DNA from: the human T2T-CHM13v2.0 reference genome, Homo sapiens
Assembly (NCBI RefSeq): GCF_009914755.1
Contig: NC_060934.1
Length of the DNA stretch: 64,000 nucleotides
Strand: one strand, 5' to 3'
Shown here: positions 13,183 to 27,295 of the stretch, in pieces
Position numbering within the stretch: the first letter of the stretch is position 1
How the letters are laid out: each line of letters begins with the position of its first letter
The notes under the pieces: generated by a model
Seen by the model: the letters and a program-made list of their open reading frames with translations, nothing else
Told to the model about the DNA's origin: nothing
Databases searched by the model: none
Made by a program: the position numbers and the translations under genes

Positions 13183-15220
13183 TGCAGTAGTATTTTTTAT
13201 ATTAATCTATAAATGTGTTGAAATTCATAAGACTGCATACCAAAAGAAAAAGTCGATTTTATTGATCATAATTTTTTAATTTTAAAAAATTTTAATAGAT
13301 GAATTGTATGGTATATGAATTATATCTCAAGCTGTTTTTAAGAGTTTTTGAAAATTCAACACTCATTTATGAAAAATATTATTAGCAAACTAGTAATATG
13401 AGGTATTCTCTTAGTCTTATAAAGATTCCCTATAAAAAACACAAAAAAGGCATATTTAATAATGAATTATTAAAATTTCTTTCTTGAGATTAGAAACAAG
13501 ATAAAGGTGCCCACTACTGTTATTTCATTAACTTTGTACGAGAATTTCTGGCTAGTAAATTAAGTCAAGAAAAAATAACTGCATGAGAGTTAGAAATACA
13601 CATATTGGGAATAAACAAATGAATCAACACAAACTATTAGAATAAATGGACTTTGCAATATAGTTAGATATAAAGTATATATACAAAAGTCAATTGTATT
13701 TCCATGTATGAGAAAAAAGTAATAGAAAATGGGATTTTTTAAATTACCATTTATAAGGACATCACAAGACTTTGAATGCTAAGAGTATTTTAAAACTATG
13801 AAAAATATCTACACTAAAATTTTTAAATCATACTTAGATACATTAAGTAAGAACTAAAAATATGGAGAGATATACCAACTTTATAAGCTGGAAATCTCAA
13901 TGTTGAAAAGATGTCATCTGTCCCAAACTGATGTATATTTACGATAATCTCAATTAAAATTCCAATACACCTTTTGTGAACACTGACAAGCTGAATCTAA
14001 AATATATATGGAAATGCAAATGGCCAAGAATAACTAAAGTAAATTCTAAAGGAGAAGAACTCTGTTGGGGGACTTATATTCCCTGATACTAAATCATATT
14101 ATGAAATTATATTAATTAAGACAGATGGTATTGTCACAAAAATAGACAAATAGACCAATGGAAAAGAACATAGTTCAGAACCAGATCCACGCATATAGAG
14201 AGGCCTAATTTGTGATTCTATTATGCAATGAGAAAAGAAAGAGTTTTTCAGTAAATGGTGTGGGGTCAATTGGATATGTATATGTCAAAAAAGAAGAAGA
14301 ATATTGATTATACCCTTGTCTCCCACCATTTAAAAAAAAGTTTTTCAATGGATTGTATATATCAATTTTAAAGATAAAGCTTCCAGAAGACAACCTACAA
14401 TATTTTTATGATTTGCAGGTAGAAAAAATATATTTTAAAATTATACACAAAGTTCTAAAAATCAATGAGAGACTGATTCATTTGGGCTGCATTAAAATTT
14501 AAAACTTCTGTTAAATCAAAAGACGCTGTTAAAAGAATGAGAAAGCAAGCTACAGAGTGGGAGAGGATAAATGCAATACACATATCTGTGCAAGGACTCA
14601 TTTCCAGAATATGCAAAGAATGTCTACAAATCAATAAGAAAAAAAACCCAATTGAAAAATGGGCAAACACCTTGAACAGGCACTTCACAAAAAAGATATC
14701 CAAATGGCTAAGAAGCATGTGAAATGTGGTCCATTTCACTTGTCAATTGAGAATGGGAAATTAGCACCACAATAGTATACCAATACACATCCATTGAAAT
14801 GGCTAAAATAAAAAAGACAAACATCATGAATGTAGATCAACTGGAACACTCATACACTGCTCATGGGAACATAAACTGTTACCATCAATTTGGAAAAGTG
14901 TTTGACTCTATCTTTTAAACCTGAATATATACAATTGTTATATTGTATGATTGCCAATTTCATTCCAAATTAAATATTCAAAAGAGATGCCTATATATTT
15001 TTACTAAAGATAAGTATGAGATTATTCATAGCAGCACTTTTCACAATGGCCCCAAATGTTTAACAATCCAAATGTCCACCTACAATATAACAGATACATT
15101 ATGATACATACATACAATGTAATCCGTTGCCATATTAAAAGTGAATAATCTACAGCTAAATAAAACAACATGCATGAATCTTGCAAAAGTAATGTTCGGT
15201 GAAGGAAAAAACAAGAATAC

Positions 15221-15600
15221 TGCTGTGGTCTGAATTTGTCCCCCAAAATTCACATGTTAGAAAGTTAATCCCCAGTGCAACAGTACTGAGAGGTGGGACT
15301 TAATGGGAGTTGTTTAGGTCATAGAGGCTCCACCCTTGTGAATGGATTGATGCTGCCATAGAAAGGGCTTGTGGAAGTGGGCTGGCATTCTCTCTCTATC
15401 TTCTGCTCTTCTGCCATATGAGAACAGCTTCCCTGGAGGATGCAGCAATGAGGTTTCCTCTTGGAACCAGAGACTGAACCTACTGGCACACTGATCTTGG
15501 ACTTCCCATACTGTAGAACCATGAGAGAATATGTTTGTGTTCTGTATAAATTATCCAGTCTCAGGTATTCTGATATAGTAGCACAAAATGGACCAAGACA
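15221..15600 (+). mobile_element. MST (MSTD-like) MaLR solo LTR
   Basis: TGCTGTGGTCTGAATTTGTCCCCCAAAATTC...AAATGGACCAAGACA; 5-bp TSD AATAC/AATAT. Confidence 0.85.
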
Positions 15601-15605
15601 AATAT

Positions 15606-16104
15606 TGTGGTGGTTTCAGGTCCACATAATTATTTGGCATACCCTTCAAAAAGTAGGACCTAAGTCCTCTCCCCTTAAGTGTGGGCTAGACTAGCAAATA
15701 GAAGGAAAGTGCAAGTGACAGTTCAAGACATTGGAGACTAGATCATAAAAGACACTGAAAATCCCTCTTCTCACTCTCTTGTATTGGTTCATGCTGAGAT
15801 CAACCAGCTGCCATGTTATCAGCAGTCTTAGGAAGATGTGCACATAACAAGGAACTGAGCCCTCCAGCCAATAGCCATATGAGCTAAGCTTTTCAGAGTA
15901 TTTCTTCCAGCCCCAGGTAAGCCTTCAGATGACTCCGGTTCTGATGGACATCTTGACTGCAACCTTATGGAAGACCCCAAGCCAGAACTGTCCAGCTAAG
16001 CAGCTCCTGAATTCCTGACCCTCAAAAACTGAGATAATGAATGTTGTATTAAACTACTAGGTTTGAGGGAGTAATTTGTCACACAACGACAGATAACTAA
16101 TATT
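15606..16104 (+). mobile_element. MLT1F-like MaLR LTR
   Basis: TGTGGTGGTTT...CCCCTTAAGTGTGGGCTAGAC...GCCTTCAGATGAC...AGATAACTAATA. Confidence 0.75.
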
Positions 16105-16218
16105 ATACATACTACATTATTACATCTGTAAATTTCCAAAACAGGCAAAACAAATCAATGGCACTTGAAGTGAGGACAATGGTTATAATTGTGAATATGC
16201 AGTAATGGGATGGGGACA

Positions 16219-16726
16219 TGTGAAAAGCCAGCTCCAAAGACGGCCATCATCACTGCCCCATTTCCTGTGCACACATGGTGCCCCCTTCCCTGGGCTGACT
16301 TTGTGACTTGCTCTGACTGTAGAATGCATCAGAGAGGACACTGTGCCAATCCTGAGCCTGCCAGAGGCCTGGAAGCTTCCACTTTTTCACTCTATGGAGA
16401 AGATAGCTGGCATACTGTTATGAAGCTCAGGCTAGTGCACTGAATAATGAGGACCTGCAAGGAGAAAGGGAGACCACATGGAGAAGCGCTGAGGCGCCAG
16501 ACATCTGCACAAAGCCTTCTTGGGTGTGTATAGCAGTGGAGATTAGCTGCTAACTGAATGCATCTGGTTGATTTACCCAAACAACACTAGATACAGCAGA
16601 AGAACGGATCAGCTGAGACCTGCCCACATTCCTGAGCCACAGAAGAATTAGAATAAATAAACAGTGTTTGTTTTAAGCCACAGAGTTTTGAGGTGGTTTG
16701 TTATGCAGCAATAGATAACTAAAACA
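16219..16726 (+). mobile_element. MLT1G-like MaLR LTR
   Basis: Ends TTTAAGCCACAGAGTTTTGAGGTGGTTTGTTATGCAGCAATAGATAACTAAAACA. Confidence 0.75.
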
Positions 16727-17189
16727 GGGCCTAATGGGGTTGACGGGGTTCTCGTAATTTTCCACTTCTTAGTCTGTGTGTTCATCTTATGAAAATACAC
16801 AGATCTGTACGCTGTATGCACAGATGCACTTTTCTGTATGTTATACTTCAGTTAAAAAAACCTCTAAAAACCTATCAATCTGCTTATTTATTTATTTACC
16901 CATTCATTTACTCATTCATTCACTTAGTATCCTGGCACACAGGTGTTCAAAGTCCTACGAAGAAGTATTTCAGAACATAGACAGTGGAAACGGGAAGAAG
17001 GAACTGAAATTTACAATAAATCCTAAAGGTTAAACATGAGCTTGTTAGATGAAGGGGAGAATGGAACATTCCACATGGAGCCCTGTACAAGAGCATCCTG
17101 TACAAGAGCCCTGAGGTAGAATAGTTCTCATTCTATTCAAGACATCAGGAAAGGTCCACATTAATAGATAGGGCAGAAAGGTGAACACC

Positions 17190-17301
17190 GGAGTGACCAA
17201 CCACCCCAGTTTGCCCAGCATTGTCCCAGTTTTAGCAGAGAAAGTCCCATGTCCCAGGAAACCTCTCAATTTCCAGCAAACAGGGGCAGCTGGTCTCCCT
17301 A
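17190..17301. mobile_element. MER96-like hAT MITE
   Basis: GAGTGACCAACC...CAGTTTGCCC...GTCCCAGTTTTAGC...TGGTCTCCCTA inverted termini. Confidence 0.65.
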
Positions 17302-17864
17302 GAGGCTGGAGATGCAGACAGGGCCATAACAACTGAGGCTGAACATGCAGTGTCTTCTAGACTATAGAAAGGATGTTGGTCTTTATTCTAGGAGCTGAGG
17401 ATTTAAGCAGACAATGGGATAGTGGTATTATTTCTCCCCTTAAAGAACTAATTTGGATGACTGCTGATTATGTGTGGACTTGATACTTTCCTATTCACCC
17501 CTGAGTTAATTGGTGAAAAAGCACTGATATCACAGACACACCTCTGGCCACAGTTGCTGCCTGTAACATCTATAAAAGGGGGGTTGTTATGAGGAACCCA
17601 GGAGCCACTACTGTCTACCCCCTAAACACTCATCTGCCCCCAAAAATTTACCTCTCATCTCCCATTATCTCTTCCAGCTGCTTTTCCAATTAGGAGATGG
17701 GCTTGGTTGACACCAGGCCAGTGACAGCCCTCAGGGGCCATTCCAACTGCTTCTCACTAAGGGTCAGCAAAATCTTCTTTGTAAACCTCTTATAAGTATG
17801 AATTTTCCAAAGACCTCTTTTACTAACAAACTCGAGCAAACCAAAACAAACCAATAACTGTGTC

Positions 17865-18075
17865 AGCAGCATGGTGTTGAAAAGAGCATGGTACTTTCAG
17901 TCCTGGTTCCATCATGTGCAACAAGTATGTGTAGTCTTGGAAATACCCCTGGGTTTAGTATTGTTATCAGTAAAGCTGAGAGAATAATCGTAATAGCTGC
18001 CCTGCCTCTGTCACAGAGATGCTGCAAGGGATAAATCACATGATGATATTTGGCCAACTGCAAATCACAAGACAA
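17865..18075 (+). mobile_element. MIR
   Basis: GCAGCATGGTGTTGAAAAGAGCATGG...TGCAAGGGATAAAT. Confidence 0.6.
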
Positions 18076-18149
18076 CTGCTACTCTAACCAGTCATAAAAT
18101 GGGGACAATGGTTTATCCCGCTTAGGGTTATTGTATGGATTCTTCCATG

Positions 18150-18905
18150 TTTTATATCAGGCACTTACTAGGTACTGGGAACACAGTCTGTGTGGGTTAT
18201 AACAAAGTCTCTGTCTTCCTGGAGCTTACATTCTAGTGAGGAAGACAGATAGTGAACAAATATATACCTTAATGTCAGGCAGTGATAAATGAAAAGGTGT
18301 GGTAAAGAGACAGTGAATCATGGAGTGATGAAGGCAGTTGGCTGCATGTTCAGGAAAGTCTCAGTGAAACATATTTATGTTTACATTAGACAGGTACAGA
18401 AATGAAGAGAGACTGTGGGTAAAGCGAAGAATGGGGATCTGCATTTCAAGCAACAGAAGTGACAAATACAAAGGCCCTGTGGCAGGAATAGAAGGAAGAC
18501 AAACATGGCTAGGCCACATAAGCAACATGCAGGAGAGTTCTCAGAGGTGGGCAAGGCAGCAACCTGTGGGTCTTCCTATCCAAAGTAAGAAGTTTGCATG
18601 TAAATCTGAGTGTGTTGGGAAGCTTTTGGGGTTTGGGAGCTGGACAAGAAATGATGCAATTGGATTACATATTTTGAAAACAGGCTTTGGCTGCTGTGCA
18701 ATGAACAGATGGGAACATGAGAAAGGGGAAAAGAGTGGAAGTAAGGAAAGCAGCAAGGAGGTCACTGCAGAAGTCTCAGCAAAAGACAAAAGTAACAGTG
18801 AGGGAGGGAAGGCAACATAGTCCAAAGGGCAATGCATTCTACATGCAGCACTGATGGGAGATGCTGACAGATTGGGTGATGATTTTGAAGTAAAGTCAAC
18901 AAGAG
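18150..18905 (-). mobile_element. L2 fragment lying between two pieces of a MIR (about 18085-18145 and 18925-19030)
   Basis: GTCTCTGTCTTCCTGGAGCTTACATTCTAGTG...; MIR tail CACAGTGGCTGGCATACAAGCACTTAAT resumes after it. Confidence 0.7.
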
Positions 18906-19519
18906 CCACACCACTTACTGATATTTAGATAAAATAATGCATGAAAATCATTTCACACAGTGGCTGGCATACAAGCACTTAATGTGCTATGATAGTTGTT
19001 CACCATAATTATTATTTATTTTTATTACGACCAAGCTGGAGACTAATGACAGGTTCTTGGGTTGGCAGAGCTGCTGGAAGTCTCCATTCTCTTGCCATCA
19101 CCCACAATTTCAAACTTGCACTGACCTATCCATGCCACAGACCTCACTTTCCAGCTGTATGGCAAACCCAGTGCTCCTCTCCAGCAAGGCAGCTGTTTCA
19201 CTTGGACCTCCAGGAAGCAGGAAGACAGGCTCTTTGGCCACACCTGGAGGCAACACCCATTGTTACCTGTGGGATCTGCCGCTGCTCTTCATGATCTGGA
19301 CAGACTTCCTTCCCTCACAATTTGAAGTTTAACCCTTTCTCCTGCCCCAGCGTTCAACCCCCTACAGGGTCTGCTCCCAGGTCCTCTGTGAGACCCTCCC
19401 CACTCGCATCCCATAGGGCGAGTGAGCCTGATGCTGCTCCCACCTCAGAATAACTCAGCAGCCCAGTTGTGCCTGCTTGAGGTGCTAGGGTCTTTCACAG
19501 CTCACAGCTCTCCCTCCTA

Positions 19520-19672
19520 GCTCCACTTTAGAATCACGTGGGGAACTTTTTAGAACACATTGATGCCTAGCCACTTCTGGGATGACTTAAATCCAAGTCT
19601 CTGAGGGAATGAACTAGACATCCATGTTGGCATTTAAAGGCTTTTCCAGGTGATACTAATGAATAATCAGAT
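19520..19672 (+). mobile_element. MER5-type relic
   Basis: TTAGAATCACGTGGGGAACTTTT...TTCCAGGTGATACTAATG. Confidence 0.6.
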
Positions 19673-19799
19673 ACATTATTGTGGCTTTGCTTTTAAGATG
19701 CTGAGATTCTCAACATACTCTAAAAGGGAGGCAGAATTCCTGCCAGGGAAACAGCTTTTCATGAGGGTCTTGAGTACAGATGCTCATTTAACTCAGCAA

Positions 19800-19955
19800 T
19801 TGTCAGAAGCACATAGAAGAGTTTTTACAAAGAGCATGTTATGGGGCCAAGAAACCAGCTTTCCTTTCTTTTTCTTTAACGCTGGAGAAGGCTTTGACTG
19901 CACTATCCAAAAAACAGAGGTCCTCAACTTCACAAATGAGAAATACGTGTGTAAA
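19800..19955 (+). repeat. Left arm of a 156-bp inverted repeat
   Basis: About 83% identical to the reverse complement of 20910-21065. Confidence 0.92.
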
Positions 19956-20089
19956 CTGCAACAACAGCTTGAGTGATACGGACAAAAGCTAAAAACTTGC
20001 ATTGTTATGTAAATATGTCAGTAGATTCGGCCAAACTACAAAGATGCCAAAAGAAGCATACAAAATGGAAAGTTATCAAATTACTATAA

Positions 20090-20404
<315 letters not shown>

Positions 20405-20909
20405 AGACTAGAATTCTTGACATATAACAGGTGCTTAATAAGTACTAGTGACCGGGTGAGTGAATGGGATTGAAGCACTTCTGCACACTCTCATAGAAAC
20501 ACACAAACTACTGTCAGAAGCTTTAGCAGTTTCACAGACCTTTGAAGTCCCAATCACCAGGCCTATGGGTCTCAAGTTAAAACTCAAAAAAGACTATGGC
20601 TCCAGTGAGCAGGAGCCTGCCCTTCACATCCTATAACACCAGCTCCAAGCACATACCTGGCTTGCTGGATGAAAGAAAGAACCCTGCCCCAGCCATTCAT
20701 TTGACCTTCTGGCAAGGGATTATGATTTCCACAGTTGTCAAGCCAATTCTGCTGGAGTCCTGTTCTTTTTTTCCGAGGAAATATTAAGAAGTAACCTGTA
20801 ATCTAGATGAGCTCAACAGGTAAGAGAATGTGGCCCAATGAACTCATCCTGAGCTTTAAAATGCTTAGCAGCTCCTGCACCTGGTGAGCCAGCTCACATC
20901 TGGGAAACA

Positions 20910-21065
20910 TTTACACACTTATTTCTCACTTTGGAAGTCGAGGACCTCTTTTCATTGGGTAATGCAGTCAAAGTCTTCTCTAGAGTTAAAGAAGGGGATA
21001 AGGAATGCTGGTTTCTTGGCACTATAACATGCTCTTTATGAAAATATTTTATATGCTTCTGACAA
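20910..21065 (-). repeat. Right arm of a 156-bp inverted repeat
   Basis: Shared blocks AAAGAGCATGTTAT, GCCAAGAAACCAGC, CTTTGACTGCA, AGAGGTCCTC, TGAGAAATA, GTGTGTAAA. Confidence 0.92.
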
Positions 21066-21085
21066 GTCATCAGGGCAGCTGAGAA

Positions 21086-21093
21086 TGACGTCA
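21086..21093. promoter_or_regulatory. Full palindromic CRE (TGACGTCA), candidate CREB/ATF site
   Basis: Exact motif with intact CpG in unique DNA; function not shown. Confidence 0.35.
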
Positions 21094-21829
21094 CCTTGCC
21101 ACCCTTTAATCCACAAGTCTCAGCAGCTGAAACATGTCATGCACATGTGGCAACAGAGCCGAGAGTGTGATGAGGTCCAAACAGAATGTTTCTCTCTGAA
21201 AGTGCTTGAGACAGAAGTCAGGGCTGCCTCAATACTGTATGACATTCTGCTGGGCTTGTTTTTAAAAGCTTTATGAAATGCTTTGGGGATGTCCAAACCC
21301 AGGTATGGACTTTCTTTAAAGTCATTTTTGAAACATGAGTGAATGTTAGAGTAGCAAAAAGCACAGCTATTCTACACTCCATGTATCTCATGTTGCAACA
21401 TCCACTCTAGGAAAGAACCAAAAATTCCCACTGTGCTGCTACTGCCACTCCTACTACATCTACTGCTAGTAGAAACAATTAGAATAGAGAGGGACATTCT
21501 CCTGAAACACCTTCTCCTATTTTCCTCCCCAGATGTAATCACTGCTAACTATTGCTGTGTACCTTTTTATTAAACATTTACAAACATAGATCACTACATC
21601 TACAAATGCGTAGGGTTCTTTATTATGTAAATACTATGTCTATTTATTTGCAACGTGCCTTTTTATCATCTTGACGATATGCCAGAAGACCTTCCCCGGT
21701 CATTACATATAGGGTAAATACTAAGAATCGCAATTGCATGGTCAAAAAGGTTGCACCTATTTTCACTTTCAAAGATAACATCAAATTGACCTCCAAAAAG
21801 TTCCAAAGCCCTGAAGTAACCACTTGGCA

Positions 21830-22010
21830 AAATAGCACACAGCTCTGGTAAGCCGCTTAACCTTTCTGTGCCTCAGTTTCCTGACTTGTGAAAAGATGAT
21901 TAGTAATCCATCCACTGCCTATATCCCAGGGTGGTTGTGAGAACCAAGTCAGACCAAATATGTGTCTGTACTGTGAAATGTACAACACAAAGTACAAATG
22001 TTAGGGATTA
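21830..22010 (+). mobile_element. MIR
   Basis: CTTAACCTTTCTGTGCCTCAGTTTCCTGACTTGTGAAA core. Confidence 0.75.
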
Positions 22011-24649
22011 CTCAACGAGAGACTTCAAAGGCAGCTGGCAGCTTCACAGATGGGCTGGGCAGGCCAGAGCACAGCCGCCTGCTCGTAGTTTGGGCATTTG
22101 GAAATCACAGCACTATGTTGTCACTGGCATTGTTTAAGGAGCACCAATCCTCCTCAACTGCAGAAAGAACAAGCACAGGCTCAGCCAGGCATACAAATTG
22201 CAGGGCTCCCTTCATATATTCAGAGCATGTATACTTGGCATTAATTTGAAATAATACATTGCACTTCTTATCAGGGTAAAGGACATTGTGCATTTTGGTA
22301 TTATCTTGAAGTTAATTTGAGGCTTTAAGTATTTAAGTGTTTGATAACTTGTAGTCTGAAAAGATGAAACACGAAAAGAGCTATAGATTGTATTTATCTC
22401 CAGGTAAGATTCAGAAAGCTCCCCCCTGCCCCAAATAACACTGACTTTTTAAAAGAAGTATTGCTTAAAGTTCATTTTTTGGCAATTGATTCTTTCAGAA
22501 TGAAGATGCTCAATCCAAGAGGCAAAAAAGTCACTTGTGAATAGCTTCCTATTCTATGAAATGCCTGGGTTGGAGCAAACACTTGGTGATTTCTGCAAGT
22601 GTGAAGGATGCATATTTGTAAAATGAACTATTAGCATCTTAGAACCTAACCCTGTCACCTCTTCATCCCATTTTAGCAGAGCCCTTACTCCGCAACATGG
22701 TTATCCTGCCAACAAAATGTGCCAGGGAGCTGCTTCTCCTGTTGGAAGGCACATCTTTTGTGTTGTTTCCTAGGAGTGACGATCTCCATAAAACACTCTT
22801 CTCTTCCCAGTCAGGTACCCTTTGTACAGTTCCTTCATACATTCAGGAGAGCTGACAGCCCCTTGAGTGTAAGTAGGGCAGGGATTTGGAGAAAAAAATG
22901 CATGTTTTTGAAACATGAAAAGACAGTTGGGGACACATTCACAAATGCTGCCCCATTCCATGGAAGGATAGATTTGGACCAGAGAGGGCAGTACCGTGAA
23001 TGCCAACTGAGACATAAGACTTGATTTGGTCAGAAGGGGGGCTGCTGATTACCTTTAAGCAAAAAGAGCAGTGACATAATCAGAGCTGGGCTCTAGGAAG
23101 AGAAATCTGGTAGGGTAATATGGAGAACAGCTGAGAAAGGAAAAATTTAGAAGCAGGCGATCAGGTGGAATCTCACGGGGATGCTCGCTGATGCATGATT
23201 AGAATGGGGCTGGTTAAATAAATAATGATGCATTGCTCCTCTGTCTGCAGGACCATTCCCAGCAGCCTTCAAACATGCTGTAATTTCCAATATGCAAGGG
23301 GGAGGGGAAGGCCCATTGGCCTCAGAGGAAAAAAATTTAAAAGATCAATTAGACAACAAGCAAATGAAAAACATGAAAATGCGCCTTTCTACTGGGAAAC
23401 CTAACATCAATGATTCGGTGTCAGGCAAACAACATCATCTTTCCTAATACTGTTGTGATGTGAGCTTTATTGGTACCGTCATTTTATTTGCACCTAATGA
23501 ATCATTTGATTCGTTTTTAGAGTTGTATATGAGCTATCAACATGAGAATTTTCTACTCTGTTCCATGTTTGTATATATATAGTGTAATTATAATAAGAGA
23601 ATGTAAGTCATCAAACTCCTCGACCTGTCAGCTCCTGCAACCATTGATCCTCTGTTGTTGCTTTACACAAAATTCACGACCAGAGATATCTCAGTGGCAA
23701 GGTCCAATTCCCCACCTTCCATTTCCTCTGGCCTTCATTCCCATTGGACGTTCACTTCAGGCTTTCCTCAAGGTCACCAGTGACCTTCTAGCTGCCAAGC
23801 TCCATGATCTCATCTCAACCCTCATCCTACTTGAGTCATCAGCAGCATTTGTGTCTGCTGATCCTTCCTTCTCCAGGAGCTGCTTTCTCCTCCTGCCTGC
23901 TGCTGACCTGGCCCCTCTCCATTCTCCTCCTTCTCTCTGCTGCTCCTTCCCAGGCTCCTCTGCTGGTTCCTCTTTCTTTTTCAACCTCTAAGCTTTGGAG
24001 AACTCAGTCTTCAGACATCTCCCCTCTATCTGTATTCACTCCCTAGGTGAGAAGGTCCATCATGTGCCAATGACTCCCACGTTTATAACTCTAGCCCAGA
24101 CATCCCAGAACTTCAGATTTGCATTTCCATTTGTCATTCATCCTCTCCATTTGCATACAAAACGGGCATCTTCAGCTCAAAACGTCCAAAACCAAACTCC
24201 CGATTTCCCGCCGTAAATCTGTTCCTCCTGCAATGTTCACAGCCCCGTTAAAGGGCAGCAGCATCCTTCCTACTGCTGGGGTCAAAAGCCTTGGGGTCAT
24301 TCTGTCTCTTCTCTCTCTCTCCCACCTCATGTCCAGTCCACCAGCAGATCACCCAGATCTTCCTCCAAAATTAATCCACAATCCCATCACTGCTGGCCCT
24401 TTCCACAGCAACACCTGAGCCATGCCACCCACACCAGACCCCCGGGTTATTGCAAGAGCCTCCTGCTGGTTCCCTGGCATCTGTCTTTGACCCCTGCAGT
24501 CTCTTCTCAACAATTCAAAAATGTAAGTCAGATCAAGTCATTCTTTGCCCAAGACCTAACCAAGTCTTTCCATTTTACAGAGAGAGAGAAATAAAAAAGT
24601 TTTTACACTGGCCTACAGAGCCCTCTGTGACGTGGCCCCAGGCTGACCT

Positions 24650-24945
24650 TTTTAAAAATTATGATAAAAAACACACAACATAAAACTTACCATCTTAACC
24701 ATTATTAAGTGCACAGTTCAGTAGTGTTACATATGTTCGCACTGTTGTGAAAAAGATCTCCAGAACTTTTTCATCTTGCAAATCTGAAACTCTGGACCCA
24801 TTAAATAGCTTCCTTTCTTATCCTCCCCCACCCCCTGACAATCACCATTCTACTTTTGATCTTTACAAATCTAACTTCTCTAGGTACCTCACATACGCAG
24901 AATCATACAGTGTTCGTCCTTTTGTGACTGGCTTCTTTCACTTAC
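24650..24945 (-). mobile_element. L1MB-type 3' end
   Basis: ACATAAAACTTACCATCTTAACCATTATTAAGTGCACAGTTCAGTAG. Confidence 0.8.
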
Positions 24946-25054
24946 CCTGGGGCTGCCTTTTTAATTCCTCTACTTCTCTCCCCCTTGCTCAGTCCACTCT
25001 GGCCATATGGTCCTTCTGGTTGTCCCTGCACCACACCAAGTATACCCTCTGCCT

Positions 25055-25262
25055 CAGTGTGTGCAAGCCAGCTTGCACCTGCTCCATCTGACTCACAGAG
25101 ATTATAAGCATCTCTTTCCTACTGCACATTCAGTGACCTCATGTTGGTGGCTAGAAATCAGCCTTGGAGGGAATGTTTATATCCTAGAAATCAACAAATG
25201 TTGCAAATAAGGCCTTTTTTTTTCCAGAGAGCTGGTTGTTAGTCATTTGCCAGCACATCACT
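25055..25262 (+). mobile_element. MER63-like hAT relic
   Basis: CAGTGTGTGC...GAAATCAGCC...GAGAGCTGGTTGTT...CCAGCACATCACT. Confidence 0.65.
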
Positions 25263-27069
25263 CCGTTGCCTAGACGAGCCTTCCCTGATTAGTCCGCTTA
25301 CCTCTTCACTTCTTTTATGTCTCTGCTCAAATGTGCCAACTCTAGAGGGGTCCTCTCTGACTACACTATAAAAATAGTAACCACTACAGGCTCCCCTTTC
25401 CATTTCCCCTATATTAATTGTTCACCACCTGACAAACTATGTAGTTAGCAGTTTGTTGATTGATTGTCTGTCTCTTCTAGAATGCTACCTCCACAAAGAC
25501 AAGGACTTTGTCTTGCTCACTACTTTATCTCCAGCACCAAGAACCACACCTGGCATGGTGAAGGTATTCAGTAAATATGTGTTGAATGAATAAACAATGC
25601 ATTTTAATGAATTATTCCATAAACATATTAATTTTTAAGTCACAATTCAGTACACTGAAATATTGCACAGTAAAAGAGTAAAATAGATGGATCTATATAT
25701 ACCGACATGAAAAGACATCTAAGATTTAAACAGCAAGTTGCTAAATGTCAAAATAATGTGTACAGTGTGTTTACATATACACACATATACTTAGAAAAAT
25801 ATCTAGAACATAGAAGTCTATCACATTTTAATCTTGTATACTTTTAGAATGGGATTTCTAAAACAATGAGCATGCATCACTTTTGTTTTCCCAAATTTCA
25901 AATCTGTAAAAGCAAAAAAGAAAAAAAAGAAACCCACTATATTGCAAGCTCCATGAGTCATATTTCTTTGAACATCTTTAGTGTCTAGAAGCTTCCTGGT
26001 AAACAGTAAGTGCTCAAAGATGCTATGGAATGGATGACTTCAAGAGAGAGGGAACACAGCCTGAAGTCAGGAGGAAGGGAGGGGCCAAGTGGCACAGGAT
26101 CTAAAGTGGGGGGTGAACTGGCAGCCCCACGAGTCCGTGAGGGGACACATGGGACTTGAAGGATGAGGGAAAGTAGGTGACAGGCATGTGCTCACTTACG
26201 AGCAGGTGCTGGACATCGCCTGAGTACCAACCTCGTGCTGAGCACCATGCTGGTATCTGGGGGCCAGAGGATGAAGAAGGCCTGGTGCAACCAGGCCCCA
26301 CAGATTTCCATGCCATGGGTGGAGCATAAAACAAAAAACAAGTGAGCTTGGGAGGGAAAACAAGGGGCTTCCTCCTTTGAAAAGTGTTGCACTTACAGAG
26401 AGCAGACTTGAGCCACACATGCAGCAAGTAGCCAGTACTTGGAGAGGGAGCCTGTGTGTTTGGCCTCAGTGTCCTCCCCACCATGGGGCTCATCCTTGCC
26501 AGGACTCACTGCTCATCCTTAGCGTGGACAAGGTGGCTACCATATTGAATCTTAATTTAGGATTCAAGACCATTAACTTGGAAATGCCTCTTAACCAGCC
26601 GAGTAAGTTTACAACATGAGAAATGGACAGAACTAGACACAGACAATAATGCTTTTCTTCTTGGGAAATCAAACTGTTTATTCTTGTCCTGGGTCCCTGA
26701 TGGCACCCTATTGCACACACCATTATCTACACAGTCAATTTAGGAGACATTTATCTTCTATTTTAAGAAATCATAATAACTTATGGGAATGAAAAAGATT
26801 GGGCGTACTTCATTATGTGTTTTCCCTCAATTAATTGGAGATCTCAGTGAATTAATATTTTTAAAGGTATAGGTCTTTCTTCTGACCTGGATTTACATTG
26901 GGTTTTCTCAAAATTAGTCAGTAGATATCAAGATAAAAATCAATGATACATGGTAAAAAAAATTATATATTACTGCATTTTAAAGTTTTCCCAAGTCAAT
27001 TGTTTAAACCATTATAACTTGTTAAATATAAAGAACTTTTCTACTGTTTTTAATGACTTTCTTTCTAGA

Positions 27070-27295
27070 AAGGTGATGGATACGACAGTAAAAGTCCTAA
27101 GATAGGCAAAACAAGCTTGATTCTGCAACTAACTAGCTGGGTAACTTAAAGCAAGTCATACGACTTCTCGACAACTCATTTCCTCATCTGTAAAAATGGT
27201 TAGAATAATTATCCCCTCCCAGGCTGTTGCGAAGGTTACTAATGTACTTTATAAAATCCCATGACAAATTTTAGCAAGAGCAATTATGACTTGTG
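27070..27295 (+). mobile_element. MIR
   Basis: GCAAGTCATACGACTTCTC...TTTCCTCATCTGTAAAAATGG. Confidence 0.7.

Larger units (their letters stand above)
13350..16860 (+). mobile_element. Old L1M (L1ME-like) ORF2/3' UTR relic, split by three MaLR LTRs
   Basis: Degenerate ORF2 (RKQATEWER..., NPIEKWA...NRHFTK); 3' end TTTTCTGTATGTTATACTTCAGTTAAAAAAA. Confidence 0.8.
23240..25595 (+). mobile_element. L2a long fragment with nested insertions
   Basis: CTCAAGGTCACCAGTGACCT..., TGTAAGTCAGATCA..., tail CCTGGCATGGTGAAGGTATTCAGTAAATATGTGTTGAATGAAT. Confidence 0.85.

Noticed and set aside
26209-26257. Possible short minus-strand exon (CCCCCAG acceptor ... CTC|GTAAGT donor)
   Set aside because: It lies in L2-tail-like sequence and has no partner exons I can support.
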